Shown in pieces: positions 26,357 through 35,116 of a stretch of DNA of 35,866 bases. Every line of letters starts with the position of its first letter. The first letter of the stretch is position 1. The stretch lies in contig CANFSD010000003.1 in NCBI GenBank assembly GCA_947449515.1, forward strand, positions 1 through 35,866. The letters are read 5' to 3'. The position numbers and the translations under genes were made by a program. The notes below the pieces were generated by a model that worked only from the letters and a program-made list of their open reading frames with translations, did not search any database and was not told where the DNA came from. Origin of the DNA: Bacteroidota bacterium (GTDB taxonomy: Bacteria; Bacteroidota; Bacteroidia; UKL13-3).

Positions 26357-27610
26357 ATGGCTTATTTATTCACGTCAGAGTCTGTAAGTGAAGGACACCC
26401 AGACAAAGTTGCCGATCAAATATCGGATGCATTAATTGATAATTTTTTGGCTTTTGATCCTGAATCAAAAGTTGCTTGCGAAACCTTGGTTACCACCGGA
26501 CAAGTTGTTTTGGCTGGAGAGGTAAAATCTAAATCTTATTTAGATGTTCAAGAAATTGCACGTGGCGTTATTCGCAAAATTGGTTATACCAAAAGCGAAT
26601 ATATGTTTGAAGCAAATTCTTGTGGTATCCTTTCTGCAATTCATGAACAATCTGCAGATATCAACCAAGGTGTTGATCGTAAGAAAAAACAAGATCAAGG
26701 TGCTGGAGACCAGGGAATGATGTTTGGTTATGCAACCAACGAAACTGCTGATTACATGCCTTTGGCTCTTGACTTAGCGCACAAAATTCTTATCGAATTG
26801 GCAGCACTTCGTCGCGAAAACAAAGCCATCAAATATTTGCGTCCAGATGCAAAAAGCCAAGTGACCTTAGAATATGATGATAACAACAATCCAGTGCGTA
26901 TTGATGCAATTGTTTTGTCTACTCAACATGATGATTTTGCAGCTGAGGCTAAAATGTTGGCTAAAATCAAAGAAGATATTATCAAGATTTTAATTCCTCG
27001 TGTTAAAGCAAAATACAAGAAGTTTGCACACCTGTTCAATGATAAAATTACTTACCACATTAACCCAACAGGTAAATTCGTAATTGGTGGTCCGCATGGC
27101 GATACTGGCCTAACTGGCCGTAAAATTATTGTAGATACTTATGGCGGTAAAGGTGCACATGGTGGTGGAGCTTTCTCTGGTAAAGATCCTTCAAAAGTTG
27201 ACCGTTCTGCAGCTTATGCTACACGTCATATTGCTAAAAACTTAGTAGCTGCTGGTGTTTGTACCGAAGTATTGGTGCAAGTATCTTATGCTATTGGTGT
27301 AAAAGATCCTATGGGTATTTTCATTGATACTTATGGTTCTTCTAAAGTAAAAATGACTGATGGAGAAATTGCCAAACAAGTTTCAAAATTGTTTGATATG
27401 ACTCCTTATGGTATTGAAACCCGTTTGAAATTGCGTAACCCAATCTACAGCGAAACTGCTGCTTATGGACATATGGGTCGTAAGAACGAAATAGTAACCA
27501 AAGAGTTTAAAGGACCAGATGGTAAAATGGCTAAATTTAAAGTTGAGCTATTTACTTGGGAAAAATTAGACATGGTAGATAAAGTTAAAAAAGCGTTTAA
27601 AATCAAATAA
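26357..27610 (+). CDS. metK: S-adenosylmethionine synthetase
   Basis: [29 protein letters not shown]. Confidence 0.99.
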   Translation: MAYLFTSESVSEGHPDKVADQISDALIDNFLAFDPESKVACETLVTTGQVVLAGEVKSKSYLDVQEIARGVIRKIGYTKSEYMFEANSCGILSAIHEQSADINQGVDRKKKQDQGAGDQGMMFGYATNETADYMPLALDLAHKILIELAALRRENKAIKYLRPDAKSQVTLEYDDNNNPVRIDAIVLSTQHDDFAAEAKMLAKIKEDIIKILIPRVKAKYKKFAHLFNDKITYHINPTGKFVIGGPHGDTGLTGRKIIVDTYGGKGAHGGGAFSGKDPSKVDRSAAYATRHIAKNLVAAGVCTEVLVQVSYAIGVKDPMGIFIDTYGSSKVKMTDGEIAKQVSKLFDMTPYGIETRLKLRNPIYSETAAYGHMGRKNEIVTKEFKGPDGKMAKFKVELFTWEKLDMVDKVKKAFKIK

Positions 27611-27630
27611 GATTTGGTTCAAACCGAATA

Positions 27631-27664
27631 AAAAAAGCAGCTAAGTTTACTTAGCTGCTTTTTT
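27631..27664. terminator. Bidirectional intrinsic terminator
   Basis: aaaaaagcagctaag-ttta-cttagctgctttttt between convergent metK and the 3HCDH gene. Confidence 0.9.
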
Positions 27665-27686
27665 GTTTTATATCTTGATGCGTTCC

Positions 27687-28364
27687 CTAAAATTCTTCGC
27701 CTTTTAAAAAGGTTGTCTTAAGGAGCGGGCAAACGCGGTAACGTTCGTCGTGCGTGTCTTGATAAAGTGCCTCAAGTGTTTCATAAACATGTTTGATTCC
27801 AATTTTATTGGCCCATTCAAAAGGACCAAATGGGTAATTGGTTCCAAGTTTCATACTAGTATCAATGTCTTCTTTGCTAGCAGTTCCCTCTTGGAGCGTG
27901 TAGCAAGCCTCATTGATAATCATAAATAAGATTCTGGGTGTAACCATACCAACACGGTCTTCCACAACTTTATAATCCCAACCCAACTCTTGCATTAATT
28001 GTTGTAGGGCTGTTATATCTTCCTTATGAAAGTGGGATACCTCTGTTAATGATCTATTGAGAAAGGTAGGCAATGCGTTTATGCCAAATAACCTGCATTC
28101 AATTTTTTGTTTACATTCAAACACAGCCTTTGCTAATTGCTGTTTTACAGCACAAACAAATACAGGAATGTTTTTTAATCCAGCATAATAGTGCAATTGT
28201 TCAGTTTTTTCATCAAATTTGAGGTCAAATATTAAATCAAACTGGTGTACATTAGCACTGGTTAAATCGCTATCATCAATGCAGGTTAATTCACATGAAA
28301 CACCTTTCAACTTTTCTTGCAATTCTTTTATTCGGTTCATTGAACCTCTCGCCAAAACTTTCAT
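27687..28364 (-). CDS. 3-hydroxyacyl-CoA dehydrogenase family protein, PaaH C-terminal half (degenerate NAD domain plus 3HCDH domain)
   Basis: GMVTPRIL.MIINEA...LQEG.AS.EDID.SMKLG.NYP.GP.EW...IG......L..L.....DERYR..PLL. No GxGxxG motif and no HFFNP. Confidence 0.8.
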   Translation of the reverse strand: MKVLARGSMNRIKELQEKLKGVSCELTCIDDSDLTSANVHQFDLIFDLKFDEKTEQLHYYAGLKNIPVFVCAVKQQLAKAVFECKQKIECRLFGINALPTFLNRSLTEVSHFHKEDITALQQLMQELGWDYKVVEDRVGMVTPRILFMIINEACYTLQEGTASKEDIDTSMKLGTNYPFGPFEWANKIGIKHVYETLEALYQDTHDERYRVCPLLKTTFLKGEEF

Positions 28365-28408
28365 ATTCGCAACATCTTAACAATAACAAAGATAATAAGC
28401 CCACACAC

Positions 28409-28792
28409 ATGGAAAAGAAAATTATTACAAGCAAAAATGCTCCTGAGCCAATTGGTCCTTACAGTCATGGAGTTTTAATTAATGGCACCCTATACGTAAG
28501 TGGCCAAGTACCCAAAAATCCGCATACTGGTGAAATGGTAACTGGCGACATTAAAGCAGAAACAAAGCAAGTAATGGAAAACCTTGCTGGAATTTTGAAG
28601 GATGCTGGAATGGATTTTTCAAATGTTGTTAAAACCACCATTTTCTGCGTTGATCTTGGTGATTTTGCAGCCATCAATGAAGTATACGGAAGTTATTTTT
28701 CTGGTAATTATCCTGCACGTGAAACTGTTCAAGTGGTAAAATTGCCATTGAATTCAAACGTAGAAATAAGCGTTATAGCCGTTAAGCCATAG
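28409..28792 (+). CDS. ridA: RidA family enamine/imine deaminase
   Basis: APEPIGPYS, LYVSGQ, FAAINEVY, PARETV (catalytic Arg), VEI. Start set at the ATG at 28409. Confidence 0.92.
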   Translation: MEKKIITSKNAPEPIGPYSHGVLINGTLYVSGQVPKNPHTGEMVTGDIKAETKQVMENLAGILKDAGMDFSNVVKTTIFCVDLGDFAAINEVYGSYFSGNYPARETVQVVKLPLNSNVEISVIAVKP

Positions 28793-28794
28793 CA

Positions 28795-29427
28795 ATGAAT
28801 AGATTCTTGGCAAAAGCACTTTCAGTGATAGCACATCCTGTTTTTATGAACTTATTGTGTTTGTACTTATTGTTTGATTTTTTTCCGCAATTAGCTGTTG
28901 GTTTGCCATTGAAGGTTCAATTATTCTATGTGGGTTTTATCTTTATTCTTTCAAGCTTGGTGCCACTTCTATTGGTTTTTGCATTGCGTTTAACAGGTAA
29001 GGTTGAATCCATTCATTTAAGAGAAAAACAGGAACGAAATTTGCCCTATTTTTTCTCCATCATCATGTACGTTTTTATCTATTATAATTTTTATAAATCT
29101 GCCTCTTCTCCACCATTTATTTTGAGTTATTTATTGGCTTGCATAGTTATTCTATTCAGTGTTTTTATCATTAATTTTTATACTAAAATTAGCATTCATT
29201 TAGCCACACTTGGTGCGGCTGCAGGATTATTGGCGAGTGCCGGCTTCTTTGGCTTTTTAGATGTTAGATACTTGTTGTTAATTTTTATCCTTTTTAGTGG
29301 TTTGGTAGCCAGTGCGCGACTTAGTTTAAATGCCCATTTACCTACACAAATCTATACAGGCTTTTGCTTAGGATTTGTATGCATGTTTGTATGCATGAAT
29401 ATGTCTTATTTATTTATTATTTTTTAG
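28795..29427 (+). CDS. Multi-pass membrane protein, PAP2-like C-terminus
   Basis: About 6 TMs, KISIH, SARL.L.AH...QIY.GF. Confidence 0.75.
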   Translation: MNRFLAKALSVIAHPVFMNLLCLYLLFDFFPQLAVGLPLKVQLFYVGFIFILSSLVPLLLVFALRLTGKVESIHLREKQERNLPYFFSIIMYVFIYYNFYKSASSPPFILSYLLACIVILFSVFIINFYTKISIHLATLGAAAGLLASAGFFGFLDVRYLLLIFILFSGLVASARLSLNAHLPTQIYTGFCLGFVCMFVCMNMSYLFIIF

Positions 29428-29430
29428 ATT

Positions 29431-30213
29431 ATGAGTTACGAAACAATTTTATTTGATGTTAAAGATGGCATTGCAAATCTTACACTTAATCGTCCAGATG
29501 TTTTCAATGCATTTAATGAGCAATTGAGCAATGATGTAAATGATGCATTAAAGAAAACGGCTAAAGACAAGAGCATTCGTGTATTAGTAATTACTGGAGC
29601 TGGCAAGGCATTTTGCAGCGGACAAGATTTAAAGGCTATAGCAGGCAGTCAAAATAGGAGTTTGAGTGAAAGCCTTTACAAACGCTACAATCCCATGATA
29701 AAAGCCATTAGAGGGCTTAATATTCCTGTTATTTGCAAACTTAATGGTGTTGCTGCTGGAGCAGGATGTTCATTGGCCCTGGCCTGTGACTTGATTATTG
29801 CTGCTGAAAATGCCAGTTTAATTGAAGTTTTTGTAAATGTTGGTTTGGTGTTGGATTCTGGTTCTTCTTATTTTTTGCCTCGCTTGGTAGGTTCGGCCCG
29901 AGCCTTTGAATTAGCAACCTTGGGTTCAAAAGTGAGCGCCCAGCAAGCTGCCGATTGGGGAATGGTAAATAAAGTAGTGAAGGCTGAAGAACTAGATGAG
30001 GCTGTGAATGCTTTGGCTATGCAATACGCTTTAGCGCCAACGAAGGCAATTGGCCTCATGAAAAAAATGTTAAATAAATCCTTTACGAGCGACTTAGACA
30101 CCATGTTAGAATACGAAGCCTACTGTCAGGAAATTGCGGGCAGAAGCAATGATTATAAAGAAGGTGTTAGTGCGTTTAATGAAAAACGTAAGCCGGCCTT
30201 TAAAGGCAATTAG
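29431..30213 (+). CDS. paaG: Enoyl-CoA hydratase/isomerase, PaaG-like (epoxyphenylacetyl-CoA isomerase)
   Basis: LNRPD..NAF, AFCSGQDL, YNP.I, NGVAAGAG.SLALACD, GLVLDSG (PaaG-type catalytic Asp position), DY.EGV.AF.EKR.P.F.G. Confidence 0.78.
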   Translation: MSYETILFDVKDGIANLTLNRPDVFNAFNEQLSNDVNDALKKTAKDKSIRVLVITGAGKAFCSGQDLKAIAGSQNRSLSESLYKRYNPMIKAIRGLNIPVICKLNGVAAGAGCSLALACDLIIAAENASLIEVFVNVGLVLDSGSSYFLPRLVGSARAFELATLGSKVSAQQAADWGMVNKVVKAEELDEAVNALAMQYALAPTKAIGLMKKMLNKSFTSDLDTMLEYEAYCQEIAGRSNDYKEGVSAFNEKRKPAFKGN

Positions 30214-30435
30214 AAGAATTTGCGAATATTTTTTTGAATATCAATAATTTAAAGTGTTTCCTTTGTAGTGGAAATAGCAAAATTTACAAAAACTCGCTTC
30301 TATTATATTTTGTGCGTTTCTACACCTATTTTATTGAGACTTTTTTCCTGAAAAGCACTGATTATTAGTAAATAATAATCAGATAAATTGGATTTTATAA
30401 TATTATTTTAATATCTTGTATAAAATTTTTATTGT

Positions 30436-31200
30436 ATGCTTATTTCAATTTCAAATTTTTGCCTAGCAGCTGGTGAGCCAAAAACTTGTGCAGCTTCCCT
30501 CCATATTGCTGAAAAATTGCAAATTTTTTATAGGTCTAGGGCGACCATTTTTGGTTTAGGAAACAATAAAATTGGTTTTCCTGTTTCCTTTGATTTTGAG
30601 CCTATCTCCAGTAAAGGAGATTTAGCCAAACATTTTAAGGCATCCAAAAATGAGTTAATGATTGTCCCTTTGCAAGATGAGGGCAGTCAAAACGGCTTTC
30701 TTACTGCCGGGGATGCAAATAAGTTAATTGACCAAATTGCTAGAATGGTTTTAACAATTCCCAGCAATAAAAGCGAGTTTACCATTAATAAAATTGTAGT
30801 TCCATTAGACTCCTCCTTTGAAACTCGGCAAAAAGTACCTTATGCAATTGCCATGGCCCGTGCTTTTAACGCAAAAATTTGTTTACTAGGTGTTTCAAAT
30901 GGAAAGAGCAAAGATGCTGAGGTGGCAGTAAAAAATTACCTTGGTCAGGTTTCAAGACATTTAGAGGATAAGGGCTTTAGCCACCAAATGGATATTAGGA
31001 TTGGCGCAAATCCAACAGATCAAATAATTGCTTATGCTACCGAAATAGGTGCTGGCATGATTGTAATTATGACTGAACAAGAAACAAATTTCACTTCCTT
31101 GTTTTCTGGTAAATACTCGCAGCAAATGGTTAAAAAGAGTCCTGTGCCAGTATTGTCTATTCATCCTAAAGACCTTATTGTGAGCGATGCTCGCTTATAA
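30436..31200 (+). CDS. Universal stress protein (degenerate N-domain plus C-terminal USP domain)
   Basis: KIVVPLDSS, G.P...II.YA....A.MIVI, F.G..SQQMV..SPVPVLSI. Confidence 0.85.
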   Translation: MLISISNFCLAAGEPKTCAASLHIAEKLQIFYRSRATIFGLGNNKIGFPVSFDFEPISSKGDLAKHFKASKNELMIVPLQDEGSQNGFLTAGDANKLIDQIARMVLTIPSNKSEFTINKIVVPLDSSFETRQKVPYAIAMARAFNAKICLLGVSNGKSKDAEVAVKNYLGQVSRHLEDKGFSHQMDIRIGANPTDQIIAYATEIGAGMIVIMTEQETNFTSLFSGKYSQQMVKKSPVPVLSIHPKDLIVSDARL

Positions 31201-31352
31201 GTATTAAGTAATAATCACGCATTTTTTTCGTTGATTTTCTTATTCTAATTGAATTAGTTATTTTTACCAATGTTTTTGGAAAAACTTTGTTAATCACATT
31301 TGTGTTATAAGGTTTATTCTAATTGTGAACTTCGGTAATTTATTACCCCTTT

Positions 31353-33290
31353 ATGCAAAAAATGAAAATCCACGCTGGTCCAAATCTAGATAAAATCAAA
31401 TACCCTGCAGATTTGCGAAAATTTGAGGAAGATGATTTGGTTAAAATATCCGAAGAACTCCGTCAGTATATTATTGATACCGTTTCTGTTTATGGTGGTC
31501 ATTTTGGTGCAAGTCTTGGTGTAGTTGAATTAACAGTTGCCTTACATTATGCTTTTAATACTCCAGTTGACCAACTCATATTTGATGTAGGGCACCAAGC
31601 CTATGGCCATAAAATTTTAACAGGTAGAAGAGATGTATTCCATACCAATAGACTTTATAAGGGCCTCTCAGGTTTTCCTAAAAGAAGTGAAAGTGAATAT
31701 GATGCTTTTGGTGTTGGGCACTCTTCAACTTCAATTTCTGCAGCCTTGGGAATGGCAGTTGCTTCCAAGCTTAAAGGTGAAAACGATAAACAGCATATTG
31801 CCGTAATTGGCGATGGAGCTTTAACTGGCGGAATGGCTTTTGAAGGCTTAAATCATGCAGGTGTGGCCAATGCTAATATCATTGTAGTATTAAATGATAA
31901 TTGTATGAGTATCGACCCAAATGTGGGTGCATTAAAAGAATACTTAACAGATATAACAACTTCTCCTACCTACAATAAGTTTAAGGATGATATTTGGAAA
32001 ACTTTAGATCGCTTAAGTAAAGTTGGGCAAGTTTCACAAGATATTTTATCAAAGGTTCATGATACCTTAAAGGGTGGTTTGTTGCGTCACAGTAACCTTT
32101 TTGAAGCTTTAGGCTTCCGTTATTTTGGACCAGTAGATGGCCATGATGTGAATCATTTGGTCAAGATTTTCCAGGATTTACAAAAAATCCCAGGTCCTAA
32201 ATTATTGCATTGTGTTACGGTGAAAGGTAAGGGTTTTGCTCCAGCAGAAAAGGACCAAACAAAATGGCACGCGCCTGGTTTGTTCGATAAAGTTAGTGGA
32301 GAAATTATTAAGGTTCCGGTAAACAGTCCTCAACCTCCAAAATACCAAGATGTTTTTGGTAATACACTTGTAGAATTAGCCGAATTGAATCCAAAGATTG
32401 TAGGTGTTACACCTGCTATGCCTTCAGGAAGTAGCATGAATATTATGATGAAGGCCATGCCAGACAGGGCTTTTGATGTTGGAATAGCAGAGCAACATGC
32501 AGTAACTTTTAGTGCAGGGATGGCTACGCAAGGATTAATTCCTTTCTGCAATATTTATTCTACTTTTATGCAACGAGCCTATGATCAAGTAGTACACGAT
32601 GTAGCCTTGCAAAAATTACACGTGGTATTTTGTATGGATAGGGCTGGTTTAGCTGGTGCCGATGGGCCAACACACCATGGTGGAATTGATATTCCATTTA
32701 TGCGTTGCATACCTAATATGGTAGTTTCTGCTCCAATGAATGAAGAGGAGTTACGCAATTTAATGTTTACAGCTACCCTTGATAAAAATGCGGGTCCATT
32801 TTCAATAAGGTATCCCAGGGGAAATGGTGTTTTAATTGATTGGAAACGTCCGTTTGCAGAAATTCAAATTGGTAAGGGAAGAAAATTACGTGATGGAAAT
32901 GATATTGCCATTTTGAGTTTTGGTACAGCCGGTATTATGGCACAAACTGCCCTCAATCTTTTAGATAAGGAAGGTGTTTCTGGTGCGCATTATGATATGC
33001 GTTTTGCGAAACCCCTCGATGAAGAAATGCTGCATGAGGTTTTTGGTAAATTTAAACACATTATTACAGTTGAGGATGGAACCATAGTGGGTGGTTTTGG
33101 TTCAGCCGTATTAGAATTTATGGCTGAGCACCATTACCAAGCAGATTTAACGCGTATGGGTATGCCAGATGCTACCGTAGAGCATGGTGAGCAACCTGAA
33201 CTTTATGCAGAATGTGGTTATGATGCTAAAGGAATTCAAATGAAAGTGAAATCTGTTTTAGGCATTAGAAATGCCGTAGTACAGGCATAA
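31353..33290 (+). CDS. dxs: 1-deoxy-D-xylulose-5-phosphate synthase
   Basis: GGHFGASLGVVELT, FDVGHQAY.HK, GDGALTGG...N.N, DVGIAEQHAV, DRAGL.GADGPTHHG, IRYPRG. Start is 31353 or 31362. Confidence 0.98.
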   Translation: MQKMKIHAGPNLDKIKYPADLRKFEEDDLVKISEELRQYIIDTVSVYGGHFGASLGVVELTVALHYAFNTPVDQLIFDVGHQAYGHKILTGRRDVFHTNRLYKGLSGFPKRSESEYDAFGVGHSSTSISAALGMAVASKLKGENDKQHIAVIGDGALTGGMAFEGLNHAGVANANIIVVLNDNCMSIDPNVGALKEYLTDITTSPTYNKFKDDIWKTLDRLSKVGQVSQDILSKVHDTLKGGLLRHSNLFEALGFRYFGPVDGHDVNHLVKIFQDLQKIPGPKLLHCVTVKGKGFAPAEKDQTKWHAPGLFDKVSGEIIKVPVNSPQPPKYQDVFGNTLVELAELNPKIVGVTPAMPSGSSMNIMMKAMPDRAFDVGIAEQHAVTFSAGMATQGLIPFCNIYSTFMQRAYDQVVHDVALQKLHVVFCMDRAGLAGADGPTHHGGIDIPFMRCIPNMVVSAPMNEEELRNLMFTATLDKNAGPFSIRYPRGNGVLIDWKRPFAEIQIGKGRKLRDGNDIAILSFGTAGIMAQTALNLLDKEGVSGAHYDMRFAKPLDEEMLHEVFGKFKHIITVEDGTIVGGFGSAVLEFMAEHHYQADLTRMGMPDATVEHGEQPELYAECGYDAKGIQMKVKSVLGIRNAVVQA

Positions 33291-33313
33291 AAAAAGCCAG
33301 ATAAACTGGCTTT
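33289..33313 (-). terminator. Intrinsic terminator between convergent dxs and pyrH
   Basis: aaagccag-ataaa-ctggcttt, with the longer U tract on the minus strand. Confidence 0.7.
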
Positions 33314-33319
33314 AATTTG

Positions 33320-34027
33320 TTAGCATACTGTTGTTCCTACGTCTTCACCTTGGCATACACGTAAGAAATTCCCAGCTTTGTTCATATCAAATACCACTAT
33401 TGGCATTTTGTTCTCTTGGCATAAAGTAATGGCCGTCATGTCCATTACATTTAAACCACGTTCATAAACTTCTTCAAAACTTATTTGGTCGAAGCGCGTT
33501 GCGCTAGGATCTTTTTCTGGATCGGCAGAATAAATACCATCCACTCTTGTTCCTTTTAATACCAAATTAGCATCAATTTCAACCGAACGCAAAGCCGCCG
33601 CTGAATCTGTTGTAAAATATGGGTTTCCAGTACCAGCACCAAAAATAACCACCCTTCCTTTTTCTAAATGTCTAATTGCTCTTCTGCGAATAAAAGGCTC
33701 GGCAATTTGCTCCATGTGGATGGCAGTTAAAAGGCGCGTTTTAATACCAATTTTTTCTAGGGCTCCTTGCAATGCCATTGAATTAATAACAGTTGCAAGC
33801 ATTCCCATATAATCACCTTGGGCGCGCTCTACCAAACCGCCAGCAACACCTTGTACGCCTCTGAAAATATTTCCACCACCGATAACAATTGCAACTTCCA
33901 CTCCAGCATCTACTACATTTTTTACATCAGAGGCATATTGGATCAAAATTTTCGGGTCGATCCCATATTGCATTTCGCCCATTAGTGATTCGCCACTAAG
34001 TTTTAAGAGTACGCGTTTGTATTTCAT
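33320..34027 (-). CDS. pyrH: UMP kinase
   Basis: [44 protein letters not shown]. Confidence 0.99.
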   Translation of the reverse strand: MKYKRVLLKLSGESLMGEMQYGIDPKILIQYASDVKNVVDAGVEVAIVIGGGNIFRGVQGVAGGLVERAQGDYMGMLATVINSMALQGALEKIGIKTRLLTAIHMEQIAEPFIRRRAIRHLEKGRVVIFGAGTGNPYFTTDSAAALRSVEIDANLVLKGTRVDGIYSADPEKDPSATRFDQISFEEVYERGLNVMDMTAITLCQENKMPIVVFDMNKAGNFLRVCQGEDVGTTVC

Positions 34028-34161
34028 AGAAGGTTTGTTTTGGAAACTTGAAGGGATTAATTGTACTGCAATATTAATAAAATACTAGAATTGAAAGTGA
34101 TTCTATATTCCGATTTGTCTTAACAGGCACATTATTCTGGCAAACTTGCTGATTATAGGGC

Positions 34162-34194
34162 AAAAAAAATCCCCTTCGAGTGAAGAGGATTTTT
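34162..34194 (-). terminator. Intrinsic terminator after tsf
   Basis: aaaaatccccttc-gagt-gaagaggattttt, with an 8-U tract on minus. Confidence 0.8.
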
Positions 34195-34201
34195 AAATGA
34201 A

Positions 34202-35038
34202 TTATAAAGAAATTCGTTTGAAGCTATTTACTGTTAGGCCTTTTTCAACGCCTTCAAGCATTTGAGCAATTGACTTGCTGCTATCTTTAACAAATTCTTG
34301 GTTCAATAAAGTAGAATCTTTGTAGAATTTACCCAATTTACCTTGTGCAATTTTTTCTAACATAGCTTCTGGTTTTCCTTCAGCTCTAGCTTGGTCCATA
34401 CCAATTGCGATTTCACGTTCAACGATTGTTGGATCAACGCCATCTTTATCTACTGCAACTGGGTTAAGAGCTGCAATTTGCATTGCTACGTCTTTACCTG
34501 CAATAAAATTAGCTTCGGTAGGTGCAAGGTTTAAAGAAACCAAAACACTTAATTTATTTCCAGCATGGATATAAGGAACTATATTTTCGCCTGTTACGAT
34601 TTCGTATTTAACTACGTCGATTTTTTCTCCGATTTTACCCACTTGTTCAGTGATTTTATCTGCAACAGTTAAACCGTCCATTGGAAGTGCTTTTAAAGCA
34701 TCAGCAGAAGCAGCTTTGTTTGCAAGAGCGATATCAGCTAATTTGTGAACGAAAGCTACGAAATCTTCGTTTTTAGCAACGAAATCGGTTTCACAACTTA
34801 ACTGAACGATTACACCTAATTTAGAATCGGCAGTAACTTTAGCAATAATTGCACCTTCTTTTGCATCACGGTCTGCGCGGTTAGCGCTAATTTTTGCACC
34901 TTTTTTACGCAAGAAATCTACAGCTGAATCAAAATCACCATTGGTTTCTTGTAAAGCTTTTTTGCAGTCCATCATTCCTGCGCCGGTCATTTGGCGAAGT
35001 TTATTTACGTCTGCAGCACTAATTGTATTTGTACTCAT
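34202..35038 (-). CDS. tsf: Elongation factor Ts
   Basis: LRQMTGAGMMDCKKAL, CETDFVAKN, AMQIAA, EGKP...EKI..GK. Confidence 0.99.
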   Translation of the reverse strand: MSTNTISAADVNKLRQMTGAGMMDCKKALQETNGDFDSAVDFLRKKGAKISANRADRDAKEGAIIAKVTADSKLGVIVQLSCETDFVAKNEDFVAFVHKLADIALANKAASADALKALPMDGLTVADKITEQVGKIGEKIDVVKYEIVTGENIVPYIHAGNKLSVLVSLNLAPTEANFIAGKDVAMQIAALNPVAVDKDGVDPTIVEREIAIGMDQARAEGKPEAMLEKIAQGKLGKFYKDSTLLNQEFVKDSSKSIAQMLEGVEKGLTVNSFKRISL

Positions 35039-35072
35039 GAGTTCTGTTTTTTAAATGGATTATTTTTTTGGT

Positions 35073-35113
35073 AAAAAAAAGCCTCCGTTCTCCAGTTGGG
35101 AACGGAGGCTTTT
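35073..35113 (-). terminator. Intrinsic terminator / attenuator between rpsB and tsf
   Basis: aaaagcctccgttc ... gaacggaggctttt, GC-rich stem followed by 8 U on minus. Confidence 0.8.
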
Positions 35114-35116
35114 AAT

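Noticed and set aside
31240-31325. 12-bp direct repeat TTATTCTAATTG twice upstream of dxs
   Set aside because: It is a low-complexity AT-rich word with only two copies; not a CRISPR array, att site or supported operator.
867-32551. Many 60-184 aa antisense or alternate-frame ORFs in the track (e.g. 867-1133, 4320-4652, 4717-5163, 5347-5697, 8415-8969, 9717-10064, 18589-18921, 32330-32551)
   Set aside because: They lie inside or across well-supported genes, have no recognisable motifs and look like shadow ORFs.
18761-33290. dxs plus idi and crt as one isoprenoid supercluster
   Set aside because: They are 12 kb apart with unrelated genes and terminators in between, and dxs may serve thiamine or pyridoxal synthesis instead.
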